Positions 48,064 through 58,277 of a DNA stretch of 64,000 nt are shown here, one piece after another. A program made the translations under genes and the position numbers. Source of the DNA: Patescibacteria group bacterium UBA4787 (lineage in GTDB: Bacteria > Patescibacteriota > Patescibacteriia > UBA2591 > UBA4787); contig DHGX01000001.1 in the NCBI GenBank assembly GCA_002402995.1, positions 12,850 through 76,849 on the forward strand. Reading direction: 5' to 3'. Below the pieces are notes generated by a model that ran no database searches, was not told where the DNA came from, and worked only from the letters and a program-made list of their open reading frames with translations. Positions within the stretch are counted from its first letter, which is position 1. Each line of letters begins with the position of its first letter.

Positions 48064-48750
48064 TAATGCCCAGAGAAATCCCATTTTTTTGTCAAAATGC
48101 GATGGGAAAATCTCTGTACTAAACTTATTTTTCCGTAATTTGCTTTCGATGATTTTAAAATCTTTATTCTTACTGCTGATATGATATTCCATAATTATAG
48201 CTTGAATTTTTAAAAAGTCATTAAAATTCAAACTTTCAAAAATTTTATATTCCGCGCCCTCTATGTCCATTTTTAACAAAGAAATTCGGCTAATTTGATG
48301 TTGAGCTAAAAAATCAGTTAGACTGAAAACCTTAACACGTTGAACGGTGACAAAAGAATCATCTAAAAAATCGTCTACTAAATGATGATTGTGGTTATCG
48401 CTGGAAATAATTAAATTACCTTCGCCAGTTTTATCGCTCAAGGCCGCGGATACAATTTCAATATTCTTAAGATTATTTTCCTTGATATTCTGTTTTAAAA
48501 TCTTTAGATTATCTGCTTCCGGTTCAACGGCATAAATTTTGGCCTGTTTATTTAAAGACCTGCAATATAAACTGAAGAGCCCAATATGACTGCCCACATC
48601 CAATATTGAATTCTCGGCGCTAACAATCTGTTCTTCGGCCCTACGATATTCTTTAAATTTAAAAATTTCGTTAAAAACGCTTCGGTCAACTTGATCACGT
48701 AAATAAACTTGCCAAGAATGATTATTAAATTTGAGAGAAATCTTTTCCAT
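48049..48750 (-). CDS. FkbM-family methyltransferase
   Basis: LDVGSHIGLFSLY SAM-binding motif and overall FkbM-like layout. The last codons lie in repeat A7. Confidence 0.55.
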   Translation of the reverse strand: MEKISLKFNNHSWQVYLRDQVDRSVFNEIFKFKEYRRAEEQIVSAENSILDVGSHIGLFSLYCRSLNKQAKIYAVEPEADNLKILKQNIKENNLKNIEIVSAALSDKTGEGNLIISSDNHNHHLVDDFLDDSFVTVQRVKVFSLTDFLAQHQISRISLLKMDIEGAEYKIFESLNFNDFLKIQAIIMEYHISSKNKDFKIIESKLRKNKFSTEIFPSHFDKKMGFLWALNKGH

Positions 48751-48780
48751 CTGTATATCGTAGCAAAAATTTTAAGATTA

Positions 48781-48810
48781 AAAAAGCAGATAAATTTTTT
48801 ATCTGCTTTT
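48781..48810. terminator. hairpin terminator
   Basis: aaaagcagataaattttttatctgctttta. Confidence 0.55.
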
Positions 48811-49597
48811 ATAAGTCTATCAACGATTGACACAAGTTGGGATTGCGAATCAGCCTGAAAAAACCGCGAGCATAAGAATCTTCGTCATCGCCCTGGCCCA
48901 ATTCTTTGAAATTCTTATAAGTAATTTGAACTTTTCCCGGGTACTGCCAATAAAAATCCAACTCCTTTTGCACCATGTTTCGTATAACGGGTTCCAATTT
49001 ATAGGGCAATCGCGCTTCTTCAACGGTTCTGACTGACGCACAACCGATGATATTAGCCTCCACTAATAGTTTAGACAAAATGATGGCTGCTAAGACCCGA
49101 TCGTCAATCGTTTCCTCGCCGATCATAGCCAAACTTGAACTGAGAAGTTTGTCTAAGCCAAACTTAACCGCCAAACCTTCGCTGAGGTCTTTGGAAGAAA
49201 GGGGGCGAAAACAATGAACAAGTTCGTGTATCAATACGTATTTCAGCCAAGTAAGAGCGGCCACTTTCACGATTTTTCCTGAGAATAAATCGATTTTTGA
49301 GAACAAATCGATTTTCTTGTTAAGACCCAAATAGGCTCGCTCCACATCTCTGGCCGGCAAAAAGATTTGACAGAGTCTATAGCCTTTACGCAGGGATGTA
49401 GGAAATGGGAGATAGTCAACATAGGCGTGCGGCCTCTTGGTCGTTTTTGAAATAAATAATGTGGAATACATAGGAATAGAAACATAACACTGATTGACTA
49501 AAATTTTCCTGCATCCGTCAGAAAGCTTTTTGAGCCAATTAGAAAATTCTTCCTGACGAAATAATGGTGGCAAGTCTTTATCCGGAGCCATTCTCAT
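48809..49597 (-). CDS. putative HExxH metallohydrolase (SprT/DUF45-like), hypothetical
   Basis: VLIHELVHCF motif. Internal tandem repeat KIDLFSKIDLFSGK from the DNA repeat aaatcgatttttgagaacaaatcgattttc. Confidence 0.4.
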   Translation of the reverse strand: MRMAPDKDLPPLFRQEEFSNWLKKLSDGCRKILVNQCYVSIPMYSTLFISKTTKRPHAYVDYLPFPTSLRKGYRLCQIFLPARDVERAYLGLNKKIDLFSKIDLFSGKIVKVAALTWLKYVLIHELVHCFRPLSSKDLSEGLAVKFGLDKLLSSSLAMIGEETIDDRVLAAIILSKLLVEANIIGCASVRTVEEARLPYKLEPVIRNMVQKELDFYWQYPGKVQITYKNFKELGQGDDEDSYARGFFRLIRNPNLCQSLIDL

Positions 49598-50052
49598 GGC
49601 TGTTCCTCCTATAATTTAAAATTTCAAAGAACGATTAATTCATTTCTTATTGTGAATTTAGCAGATTTTACAAAAAAGTCAAATCCATCAAAATCTTTTA
49701 AAATATGTTCGGCCGAAAAATACCAAATATTTTTCAAAAAGCGTTTGATGTTCCATTGAATTGAATAGATCAGCGAGAAACAAAAAACAGCGCGATAGTT
49801 TTGAATTCACACTGCTTAAAAAGATAACGCCATCAGGATAAAAGCGCCTAAAAATATAGGCAGAAAATACCAACAAATGGCATTATAAATTTTCTGGCTC
49901 ATTTTATCGTATTGCTTCTTTTTATCTAAATCTCGGAATACTGCCTTTAGCCGCCACGCAAGCGACATAAACGATACAGAATAGGCTGACGACAAAACAA
50001 AAAGCACTGGCACGAACTATAACAATGATCTTCATTTTCCCTCCTTATATAT

Positions 50053-52071
50053 TTATATTTCAAAAATTTTCTTAATAATTTTTTCCTCGTGATAAAATTC
50101 TAGTTGATCGCCGATTTCTAAACTTATTTTTGAATCAATGCGCATGCCACACTCACAACCAGCTTTTGCGTGCTGCACATCAATTTTGTTGACTTGTAAT
50201 TGAACTAATCGACCCTCTCCCATCAATTGCTCTTTTCGCCAGATGGTCACTTTAGCGCCCTTCTCGATTTCACCATCAATCACCCGACCACCGAAGATAA
50301 TTTGATTGCCACCTTTTTTAAATAAAGCTAGGACTTCAATTTTGCCCAAATAAATTTCTTTGATTTTTGGTTTGACTAATTTGTTTATTTCTTCTTTCGC
50401 TTCGTCAACTAACTCGTAAATGATTTTAAATATTTTCGGCGTTAAGCCGGCGGTATCGGCTGATCTAACCGCGGCCACACTAATTCCGACATTAAATCCG
50501 GCCAACCAAGCGTTAGAGGCCTTCGCCCTTTCCACGTCTAATTCATTAATATCGCCCAGGCCCCTTTTAACGATTTCTACTTTTATCTCTGGCGTGCTTA
50601 AATCGGTTAAAGCTTCGACCACTGCTTCAAGCGAGCCCGAAACATCAGCCCGAGTCACCACATTAAACACCGCTTCTTGCTTCTCTTTATCGGCACTTGT
50701 TTCGTCTACGCTCATTCTTTTATAGCCCTGTCGTTCTAATAATTTAGAGCGTCCTTTTATTTCTTTAGGGTCGTTTAATACTTCCATGATCTCGCCGACA
50801 ATGGGCACCGATTTCAAACCGGTGATTTGAACCGGTGTGCCTGGTCCAGCAGCTTTGATTAATTTTCCTTGATAATTTTTCATTGTCCTAATGCGACCAT
50901 AAACTCGGTTAAAAAAAACAAAATCGTGGTTGCGCAAGGTGCCAACATGTATGAGAATAGTAGCTACACGGCCCTCACCCTTATCTAGATGACTTTCAAT
51001 TACTGTGCCAATTGCCGGACGGTTAACTTCTGCCATTAATTTATCTTTCTCGATATCAGAAACTAAAATAATCATTTCTAATAAATTATTGATACCCTGT
51101 TTGGTGCGCGCAGAAACAGGAACGCAAATAGTTTTTCCGCCCCAATCTTCGGGCGTCAGATTAATTTCTGCTAAACCCTTTTTAATGCGATCAACGTCGG
51201 AGTCTGGTTTGTCAACTTTGTTGATCGCCACGACAAAAGGCAGACCAGCTTCTTGAATAACTTTGATAGATTCTATGGTTTGGGGTTGAATTTTGTCGTC
51301 TGCGGATATAACCAAAACAGCGATATCGGCAATTTGTCCGCCGCGTGAACGCATTTCATTAAAAGCCGCGTGCCCCGGCGTGTCAACAAAAGTAATCAAT
51401 CTTTCTTCGTTTTTGACCTTTATTGTCGCTTGATAAGCACCGATGTGTTGTGTAATAGCGCCTGCTTCTTTGGCGGCTATATTAGTTTCTCGAATTGCAT
51501 CTAATAAAGAGGTTTTGCCGTGATCAACATGCCCCAAAACTACCACCACCGACGGACGCAAAATCAAATTCTCGTTCTCTTGATTACAGTCTTTCAATAA
51601 ATTTTCTAATTTTTCTTTGTGAGAAATAATTTTGTTCTGTTCGTCTTCTTCCTCTAAAATCGCCTTAAGCCCAAAACCCTCGACTACAATTGCGGCAATT
51701 TCGAAATCCAGATTATCGTTAATGCTGGCCATCACGCCATTTTTAATTAATTCGTGAATCAATTTAACCACGGAAACTTTTAACTTCTCCGCCAAACGAC
51801 TTACCGTGATAACTTTAGGCAACTTAATAATATTCTTGTCTTCTGTCAGTTCTTCTTTTTCTTGTGCTTGTTGCACTTCTGATTTGGCCGCAAACTTGGC
51901 TCTTAACTTCTCCAAGGTTTCCATTTCTCGCCATTTAACCATAGCTTTTTCCGCTTGTTCGTCAGGGATTTGGATAGCTTTCAATCCAATATCAAAGCCG
52001 AGAGAAGGCAACTTCTCTTTCAACTCATTCGTTGTCACTTTCAAATGTCTGGCTAGTTCGCTAAGATTCAT
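50053..52071 (-). CDS. infB: translation initiation factor IF-2
   Basis: VVLGHVDHGKTSLLD G1 motif and full GTPase plus C-terminal beta-barrel domains. 672 aa. Confidence 0.9.
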   Translation of the reverse strand: MNLSELARHLKVTTNELKEKLPSLGFDIGLKAIQIPDEQAEKAMVKWREMETLEKLRAKFAAKSEVQQAQEKEELTEDKNIIKLPKVITVSRLAEKLKVSVVKLIHELIKNGVMASINDNLDFEIAAIVVEGFGLKAILEEEDEQNKIISHKEKLENLLKDCNQENENLILRPSVVVVLGHVDHGKTSLLDAIRETNIAAKEAGAITQHIGAYQATIKVKNEERLITFVDTPGHAAFNEMRSRGGQIADIAVLVISADDKIQPQTIESIKVIQEAGLPFVVAINKVDKPDSDVDRIKKGLAEINLTPEDWGGKTICVPVSARTKQGINNLLEMIILVSDIEKDKLMAEVNRPAIGTVIESHLDKGEGRVATILIHVGTLRNHDFVFFNRVYGRIRTMKNYQGKLIKAAGPGTPVQITGLKSVPIVGEIMEVLNDPKEIKGRSKLLERQGYKRMSVDETSADKEKQEAVFNVVTRADVSGSLEAVVEALTDLSTPEIKVEIVKRGLGDINELDVERAKASNAWLAGFNVGISVAAVRSADTAGLTPKIFKIIYELVDEAKEEINKLVKPKIKEIYLGKIEVLALFKKGGNQIIFGGRVIDGEIEKGAKVTIWRKEQLMGEGRLVQLQVNKIDVQHAKAGCECGMRIDSKISLEIGDQLEFYHEEKIIKKIFEI

Positions 52072-52185
52072 AAATTTCTATTACAAACGGACTAAAATTT
52101 TATTAACTAATATATTTTAGAGCTTTATGGGTCGTTTGTCAAATCGCGCCCATTTTACTTGACGAAAAAAAATAGTTCCGCTAAA

Positions 52186-52275
52186 CTTTATTATCAAGCA
52201 AACGAGAGAAGGGCGAATAAATTTGCTCTTCTGGACAAGCATGGGATAATACAGAGCTAAATACCTTTTTTAATC
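52186..52275 (-). repeat. family A intergenic repeat, degenerate copy A8
   Basis: tttattatcaagcaaacgagagaagggcgaataaatttgctcttc...acagagctaaataccttttt keeps both ends but has a diverged interior. Confidence 0.5.
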
Positions 52276-52301
52276 TAATTAAGTAATCTAACTAAGTAAT
52301 C

Positions 52302-53384
52302 ATGGACTATTTAACAATGGACGATTTATTAAATAAGAAAGAAGATAAAACTGCTTTATCTCTGCCGAAAGATGGAGATTTAGTAGAAGGCACAGTTATT
52401 AAAATAGGCCGTAGCGAAATATATCTAGACCTCGATGGCATAAAAACTGGCGTTATCCGCGGTCCGGAGTTGCAAGATGAATTGGACGAATATACCGACC
52501 TAAAAATTGGCGACATAGTTTCCGCCACAATTATTGAACAAGAAAACGAGAAAGGATTGGTGGAATTATCTTTCCGTCGGGCTGGACACAAAAAGGCTTG
52601 GCAGAAACTTCAGGATATTATGACTAAAAACGAAAGCATCAATGTAAAAGTTTTAGATGCTAATGCCGGCGGCTTGATTATTCAACTTGGCAAAATTACA
52701 GGATTTTTACCTACTTCCCAGTTAAATCCTGATCACTACCCATTAGTAGAAAGCGGCGATAAAACAAAAATTATTGAACTTTTGAAGAAATTTGTTGGGC
52801 AACAATTGCCGGTAAAAATTATCGGCCTGGACGAGAACGAAGACAAACTAATTGTATCCGAAAAAGAATTAAACAAAGGTCAAAATATTTCCGATAAATA
52901 TAAAATCGGCGATGATATTGAAGGCGAAATCTGCGGCTTGGCTAATTTCGGCGCTTTTGTAAAATTCGACAATCAAGAAGGATTAGTGCATATTTCAGAG
53001 ATTGCCTGGCGAAGGCTTGACCATCCGACAGATATATTAAAAATCGGCGATAAAATTAAAGCACAAATCATCGGCGTGGAAAATGGCAAATTCTCGCTGT
53101 CAATGAAAAAATTAATGACCGATCCCTGGAAAATAATAAACGATAAATATAAAATCGGCGACATAGTGGAGGGGAAAATTCTGAAGGTTAATCCTTTTGG
53201 TTTATTTGTTGAACTTAATCCTGAAATCCACGGCTTGGCCCATATTTCGGAGATTTCCGAAGAACAAATCGGCAACCTTACCGAGATGTTTAAATCTGGC
53301 GATGTCCAAAAATTCAAAATTATCTCCTTGGAGCCAGACGACCATCGTCTTGGATTAAGTCTCAAATCGCTCAAAAATAATTAA
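52302..53384 (+). CDS. rpsA: 30S ribosomal protein S1-like (four S1 domains)
   Basis: Four repeats of the G-x-V/I-x-x-I-x-x-F/Y-G-x-F-V S1 fold (e.g. GLANFGAFVKF, FGLFVEL). 360 aa. Confidence 0.75.
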   Translation: MDYLTMDDLLNKKEDKTALSLPKDGDLVEGTVIKIGRSEIYLDLDGIKTGVIRGPELQDELDEYTDLKIGDIVSATIIEQENEKGLVELSFRRAGHKKAWQKLQDIMTKNESINVKVLDANAGGLIIQLGKITGFLPTSQLNPDHYPLVESGDKTKIIELLKKFVGQQLPVKIIGLDENEDKLIVSEKELNKGQNISDKYKIGDDIEGEICGLANFGAFVKFDNQEGLVHISEIAWRRLDHPTDILKIGDKIKAQIIGVENGKFSLSMKKLMTDPWKIINDKYKIGDIVEGKILKVNPFGLFVELNPEIHGLAHISEISEEQIGNLTEMFKSGDVQKFKIISLEPDDHRLGLSLKSLKNN

Positions 53385-53407
53385 TTAAAATTTTCTATAT
53401 AAGAAAT

Positions 53408-55246
53408 TTGATGCGCAACAATATCGTAAAAAATATTTTAATTTTCGGGCTGATTTTTTTAATTGTCAGCGGAGTTTTTAGTTTGCTTAAAACGCCTGGA
53501 AACAAACCAACGAAAATTTCCTTTAACCAATTAATTGCGGAAATTAACGCTGAACAAATAAAAAATATTTCTGTTTCCGACAATCGCATTGATATCACAT
53601 TAGGCGACGAAAGAAAACAATTCACCTACAAAGATTCGTCCGAAGGCCTGACTACTGTCTTTAAAAATTACAACATTGATCAAGAAAAATTAAACAAAAT
53701 TGACTTGCAGATTAAAAATACCTCAGACAGGGGAATTTGGCTGTCTGTTGTTTTGCCAACAATTTTGCCCTTTATTTTGATTATGGCTTTTTTCTTCTTT
53801 ATGACTCGCCAATTAAGAGGCGCGGGGAATCAAGTTTTCAAGTTCGGAGAAAGTCAAGCACGTGAAATTTCGGCAGATGATAAAAAGAAAAAGTTAACTT
53901 TCAAAAATGTGGCGGGCGTTAAGGAAGCCAAACAAGAATTATTGGAAATTGTGGAATTCTTGAAACGTCCAAAAAAATTCATCGCCTTAGGCGCCAAAAT
54001 ACCCAAAGGTGTTTTATTGGTTGGCCAGCCAGGTACCGGTAAAACCTTACTTGCTCGAGCAGTGGCCGGTGAAGCCAATGTTCCGTTTTTCCATATTTCC
54101 GGATCGGAATTCGTGGAAATGTTCGTCGGCGTCGGTGCGTCCCGCGTACGCGATCTTTTCAAAAAAGCTAAAAGAAATTTGCCTTGTATAATCTTTATTG
54201 ACGAATTAGACGCAGTCGGCCGTCAACGTGGCGCTGGCTTAGGTGGTTCGCACGATGAGCGCGAACAAACTTTAAACCAGATTCTCGTTGAGATGGACGG
54301 CTTTGAACCAAATTTAGGATTAGTTGTTATGGCCGCCACTAACCGCCCGGATATTCTAGATAAAGCCCTGCTTCGTCCGGGTCGTTTCGACCGACGCACA
54401 ATTCTTGATTTGCCCGATGTTCATGATCGCGAAGAAATATTAAAAATTCATAGTGAAGGTAAACCCTTAACAGAAAAAGTTTCCCTAAAAAAAGTAGCAG
54501 AACGCACGGTTGGCTTTTCCGGCGCCGACCTGGCAAACTTAATGAACGAAGCGGCTATTTTTGCAGCGCGGAAAAACAAAACCCGCATTGAAGAGATTGA
54601 TATTTTAGAAAGCATAGAAAGAGTTATTTTAGGACCGGAAAGAAAAAGCCATATTTTATCGGAGAAGGAGAAAAAAATAGTTGCTTATCACGAAGCCGGA
54701 CATGCTTTGGTGGCACACGAACTGCCGGGCTGTGATCCAATTCGCAAAGTCTCAATTATCTCTCGCGGCCAAGCAGCTGGCTATACTTTGAAAATGCCGG
54801 AAACGGAAAAATACTTAATATTTAAAGCTGAATATTTAGACAATTTATCAGCACTTCTAGCCGGTTATAGCGCAGAAAATATAGTCTTTGGCGATGTTAC
54901 TACCGGCGCTTCTAACGACCTCCAAGAAGCCACGAAACTAGCCAAAAAACTTGTTACCGAATATGGTATGAGCGCCAAGCTTGGCACCCGCACTTTTGGT
55001 TTAAAAGAAGAGTTAATTTTCTTGGGTCGGGAAATCTCCGAACAAAAAGACTATAGTGAAAAAACCGCGGAAGTTATTGATACAGAAGTTTCTAATTTCA
55101 TAAACTTGTGTTATAATAAAACTAAAGAGATTATCCAGAAAAAACGGGAAAAATTAGACGAAATCGCCAACTTACTTTTAGAAAAGGAAAGTTTGGAAAG
55201 CGACGAATTTGAGGCCATATTCAAAGAAAAAAATAAAGGGTATTAA
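53408..55246 (+). CDS. ftsH: ATP-dependent zinc metalloprotease FtsH, copy 2
   Basis: [13 protein letters not shown] Walker A, an SRH motif and HEAGHALV. 612 aa. The C-terminal KNKGY and the stop are encoded by the 5' end of repeat A9. Confidence 0.9.
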   Translation: MMRNNIVKNILIFGLIFLIVSGVFSLLKTPGNKPTKISFNQLIAEINAEQIKNISVSDNRIDITLGDERKQFTYKDSSEGLTTVFKNYNIDQEKLNKIDLQIKNTSDRGIWLSVVLPTILPFILIMAFFFFMTRQLRGAGNQVFKFGESQAREISADDKKKKLTFKNVAGVKEAKQELLEIVEFLKRPKKFIALGAKIPKGVLLVGQPGTGKTLLARAVAGEANVPFFHISGSEFVEMFVGVGASRVRDLFKKAKRNLPCIIFIDELDAVGRQRGAGLGGSHDEREQTLNQILVEMDGFEPNLGLVVMAATNRPDILDKALLRPGRFDRRTILDLPDVHDREEILKIHSEGKPLTEKVSLKKVAERTVGFSGADLANLMNEAAIFAARKNKTRIEEIDILESIERVILGPERKSHILSEKEKKIVAYHEAGHALVAHELPGCDPIRKVSIISRGQAAGYTLKMPETEKYLIFKAEYLDNLSALLAGYSAENIVFGDVTTGASNDLQEATKLAKKLVTEYGMSAKLGTRTFGLKEELIFLGREISEQKDYSEKTAEVIDTEVSNFINLCYNKTKEIIQKKREKLDEIANLLLEKESLESDEFEAIFKEKNKGY

Positions 55247-55318
55247 ACCCTGTGTTTCCGGCGCTTGCTCGGAAATGAAAATAAAATTTTCATTTCGCTC
55301 ACTCGCTTGGCAATAAAA
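55232..55318 (+). repeat. family A intergenic repeat, short form, copy A9
   Basis: aaataaagggtattaaaccctgtgtttccggcgcttgctcggaaatgaaaataaaattttcatttcgctcactcgcttggcaataaaa with inner palindrome gaaatgaaaat/attttcatttc. Confidence 0.8.
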
Positions 55319-55339
55319 TTGTCTTAAAATATATGAAAT

Positions 55340-56269
55340 ATGTTAAAACAAATTTTTAAAAACTCTTGGCAGACGGCTGCTTATAATCCTCTGTTTTGGA
55401 TTTTTGGATTTTTTGCCACAATTTTCCTTGGCAACGAAATGACTATTTTGATCAACCAAGCCAACAGCACTCTAAACCTCGTTAACAACGTTTATATTAA
55501 AAATCTTTTCTCATTTAAAGAAGGTCTGGCTGGCGGAGCTAATCATGTTTTTATCGGTGTCTTAATGTATTCTATTCTAATTATTCTAATAGCCATTTCG
55601 ACTTTCGCACAAATTTCCTTAATTTCGAGTATTAATAAAAAAGGAGGGGGTGGTTCTTTCAAAAATTACCTACAAGACGGCTTATCATGTTTTTGGCCGA
55701 TTTTCTTGCTTAATGTGATTGGCTTGCTTATTATTAATTTAATTTTTGTTGTAATGGGTTCATTTTTAATTCATATAACGTCCGTCAACAGCAAATTATT
55801 TACACTTTTTGTTTTCCTCGGAACTTTAATCAGCTTTCTAATTAATTTTATAATAATTTTCTTAACAAAATTTGCCTCCTTCCAGCTCGTTTTAGAAAAA
55901 GACAGACTTATTCTGTCTTTAAAAAAATCGCTAATTTTCTTGGGGAAAAACTGGAAAGATTGTCTATTGATTATGGCCTGTATCTTAGGTTTTAGTTTTG
56001 TTTTCGGTTTGTTTTTCCTTTTTATCTCGATGGGCACCATTCTTCCTTTCTCTATTTTGGGTGTTGTCGCTTATTATTTTGGTTGGGGAACGTTTTTCTA
56101 CGGCCTATTAATGGTGAATTTCTGTTTGATTATGCTTATGCTGTTGGTAGCTATCAGTTTTTTCACTGTTTTCCAATATAGCGCTTGGGTATATTTCTTT
56201 AAAAATAAAAATAAAGGGTGTCAGACCCCGTGTTGCCATCGCTCGTTCGACAATAAAACTAATCTATAA
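55340..56269 (+). CDS. polytopic membrane protein, hypothetical (309 aa)
   Basis: About 8 hydrophobic helices. The last ~20 residues (KNKNKGCQTPCCHRSFDNKTNL) and the stop are encoded by repeat A10. Confidence 0.5.
   Translation: MLKQIFKNSWQTAAYNPLFWIFGFFATIFLGNEMTILINQANSTLNLVNNVYIKNLFSFKEGLAGGANHVFIGVLMYSILIILIAISTFAQISLISSINKKGGGGSFKNYLQDGLSCFWPIFLLNVIGLLIINLIFVVMGSFLIHITSVNSKLFTLFVFLGTLISFLINFIIIFLTKFASFQLVLEKDRLILSLKKSLIFLGKNWKDCLLIMACILGFSFVFGLFFLFISMGTILPFSILGVVAYYFGWGTFFYGLLMVNFCLIMLMLLVAISFFTVFQYSAWVYFFKNKNKGCQTPCCHRSFDNKTNL
56210..56259 (+). repeat. family A intergenic repeat, minimal ~50-bp form, copy A10
   Basis: aataaagggtgtcagaccccgtgttgccatcgctcgttcgacaataaaa has the 5' hairpin and 3' end but lacks the inner palindrome. 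Confidence 0.65.
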
Positions 56270-56359
56270 AAAATCTGGACAAAAATACAATAAAAAGTTA
56301 AAACTAAGTGAACAAAGAGTTAATAAACCTGAAAAATTTTTAGAAAAATGCAAATTAGG

Positions 56360-56495
56360 AAATTTATCAACAGTTTTGCCGATGTTATCAACTGTTTTTA
56401 AAGATTTCTTTAATAAGTTATCAACAAACTATTAACCCGGAAATCGTGATCAAATAAAAGTTAAATTGGTTTTAGTAAACTTATCAACCGCATTA
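56360..56495 (+). promoter_or_regulatory. cluster of four DnaA-box-like 9-mers (TTATCAACA x2, TTATCAACT, TTATCAACC), same orientation, upstream of dnaN
   Basis: Boxes at 56364-56372, 56385-56393, 56418-56426 and 56481-56489, each one mismatch from TTATCCACA. Followed by an AT-rich tract, cattattactactactactaatttataaatataaat, a possible DNA-unwinding element (DUE). Confidence 0.45.
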
Positions 56496-56526
56496 TTACT
56501 ACTACTACTAATTTATAAATATAAAT

Positions 56527-57660
56527 ATGAAATTAATAATACTCCAAGAAAATTTCCTAAAAGGACTAAATATAGTCAACCGAATTGCTAGTAGTAATAA
56601 AAATAGCTTACCTATTTTAAATAATATTTTATTAGAAGCACGTCAAGGAGTTTTAGATTTAATAACTACTAATCTCGAAATCGCAGTTAAATCTTCAATT
56701 AGATCAAAAATAGAAAAAGAAGGAAAAATAACAATTCCAGCACAAATCTTAACAAGTTATATTAGTCTATTAGAAAGCGGTCCCCTAATTTTGAATTTAG
56801 AAGGGGACGAATTAGAAATAAAAACTAAAAATAGTAAAACTAAGATTAAAGGTATTTCAGCCGAAGATTTTCCAATAATTCCACAAGTGGAGAGAAAACA
56901 TAAATATGTAATTCAATCCGACCTCCTTAAAAAATGTATTGAAAACGTAGATTTTTGTGTTTCGTCTAGCGAAACAAGGATGGAAATAAGTGGTTTATTG
57001 TTTAATTTTAATAATCCAGAAAATGGCAAATTAAATATTGTTGGAACAGATAGTTATCGTTTAGCTGAAGTCCAAACAATATTAGATAAAAGTTCATCAG
57101 AAGATAAAATTAGTGTTATTATACCACTAAAAACAGTCCAAGAAGTTTCAAAGAATTTATTAGAAGACAAAAAAGATGTTGAGCTTTATCTTTCTGAAAA
57201 TCAAGTTTTATTCATAAACGGCGAAGATGAAGTTGTTTCCCGTCTAATTAGCGGACAATTTCCTGATTATAAATTAATTATTCCTAAAAATTTTCGTTCC
57301 CGCGCCACACTTGATAAAGAATTATTTTTAAAAGCTGTAAAATTATGCGGTTTATTTACCAAATCAGGAATTAATGATATTAATATAAAAATTAAAGCTG
57401 AAGAAAGTAAGATTGTCGTTTCTTCCACTAATAATCAATTAGGGGAAAACACTACAGAGATAGATTGCCAAATCTATGGCGAGGACAATGAGATCGTTTT
57501 CAATTATCGCTTTCTCTTAGACGGTTTATTAACTTTAAATCAAGACGAGGTAATTTTAGAAATGATTAATGATGCCACGCCGGCAATTTTAAGAGCAGAA
57601 AAAGAGAAAGATTATGTTTATTTGATAATGCCGATTAAACACCAAGAAGCAAATAATTAG
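56527..57660 (+). CDS. dnaN: DNA polymerase III beta sliding clamp
   Basis: 377 aa with three-domain beta-clamp organisation. N-terminus MKLIILQENFLKGLNIVNRIAS. Confidence 0.85.
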   Translation: MKLIILQENFLKGLNIVNRIASSNKNSLPILNNILLEARQGVLDLITTNLEIAVKSSIRSKIEKEGKITIPAQILTSYISLLESGPLILNLEGDELEIKTKNSKTKIKGISAEDFPIIPQVERKHKYVIQSDLLKKCIENVDFCVSSSETRMEISGLLFNFNNPENGKLNIVGTDSYRLAEVQTILDKSSSEDKISVIIPLKTVQEVSKNLLEDKKDVELYLSENQVLFINGEDEVVSRLISGQFPDYKLIIPKNFRSRATLDKELFLKAVKLCGLFTKSGINDINIKIKAEESKIVVSSTNNQLGENTTEIDCQIYGEDNEIVFNYRFLLDGLLTLNQDEVILEMINDATPAILRAEKEKDYVYLIMPIKHQEANN

Positions 57661-57779
57661 TTTGTAAATAAATTAATTAATAAACTCAGTTAAATTGCTC
57701 CGCCAGCTGGCGGAGTCAACCGACGAAGTTGAATTTAACGGGAGTAAAGGTCGATAAATTTTCTCTAATCTATATTATT

Positions 57780-58058
57780 ATGAATAAAGGAGAATTAATC
57801 AGCAAATTAGCTGAAAAATACGGCGCTTGTTCTAGGGCCGAAGCAGAAAGAGCATTAGATTCTTTTGTTGATATCGTTGTGGAATCCTTAACAAAAGGCG
57901 AAGAAGTAGCGATTTCTGGTTTTGGTACTTTTAGCGCAAGGGCCAGAGCTGCTCGTCAGGGTATCAATCCAAAGACAGGCGTGAAGATCCAAATTCCGGC
58001 TATGAGATCACCCAAATTTAAAGCTGGCAAGGGCTTAAAGGATGCCTTAAAAAAATAA
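57780..58058 (+). CDS. hup: DNA-binding protein HU
   Basis: MNKGELISKLAEK...GFGTFSARARAARQGINPKTG arm motif. 92 aa. AGGAGA RBS. Confidence 0.85.
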   Translation: MNKGELISKLAEKYGACSRAEAERALDSFVDIVVESLTKGEEVAISGFGTFSARARAARQGINPKTGVKIQIPAMRSPKFKAGKGLKDALKK

Positions 58059-58119
58059 ATTTTAAACGTTTTTTCAGCGCTGAAAAATTTATACGACAGT
58101 AAGAGATTTTTCTTACTAT

Positions 58120-58225
58120 TGATACTTTCCATCATTCGCCAACAGGCGAAGGCGGATCGTGAAATTGGACGCCCGGAGTCAAATTAAAAGAAGACTTTTA
58201 TTTGATGTTCTCGCTACCAATTATA
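58120..58225 (+). repeat. repeat family C copy 2
   Basis: gtgaaattggacgcccggagtcaaattaaaagaagacttttatttgatgttctcgctaccaattataaaaag, core shared with 19895-20045. Confidence 0.6.
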
Positions 58226-58259
58226 AAAAGACCTTGTTTTATAAAACAAGGTCTTTTTT
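58225..58259. terminator. bidirectional hairpin terminator between hup and rpmA
   Basis: aaaaagaccttgttttataaaacaaggtctttttt. Confidence 0.65.
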
Positions 58260-58277
58260 GTCGGAAATCGTTGAAAA

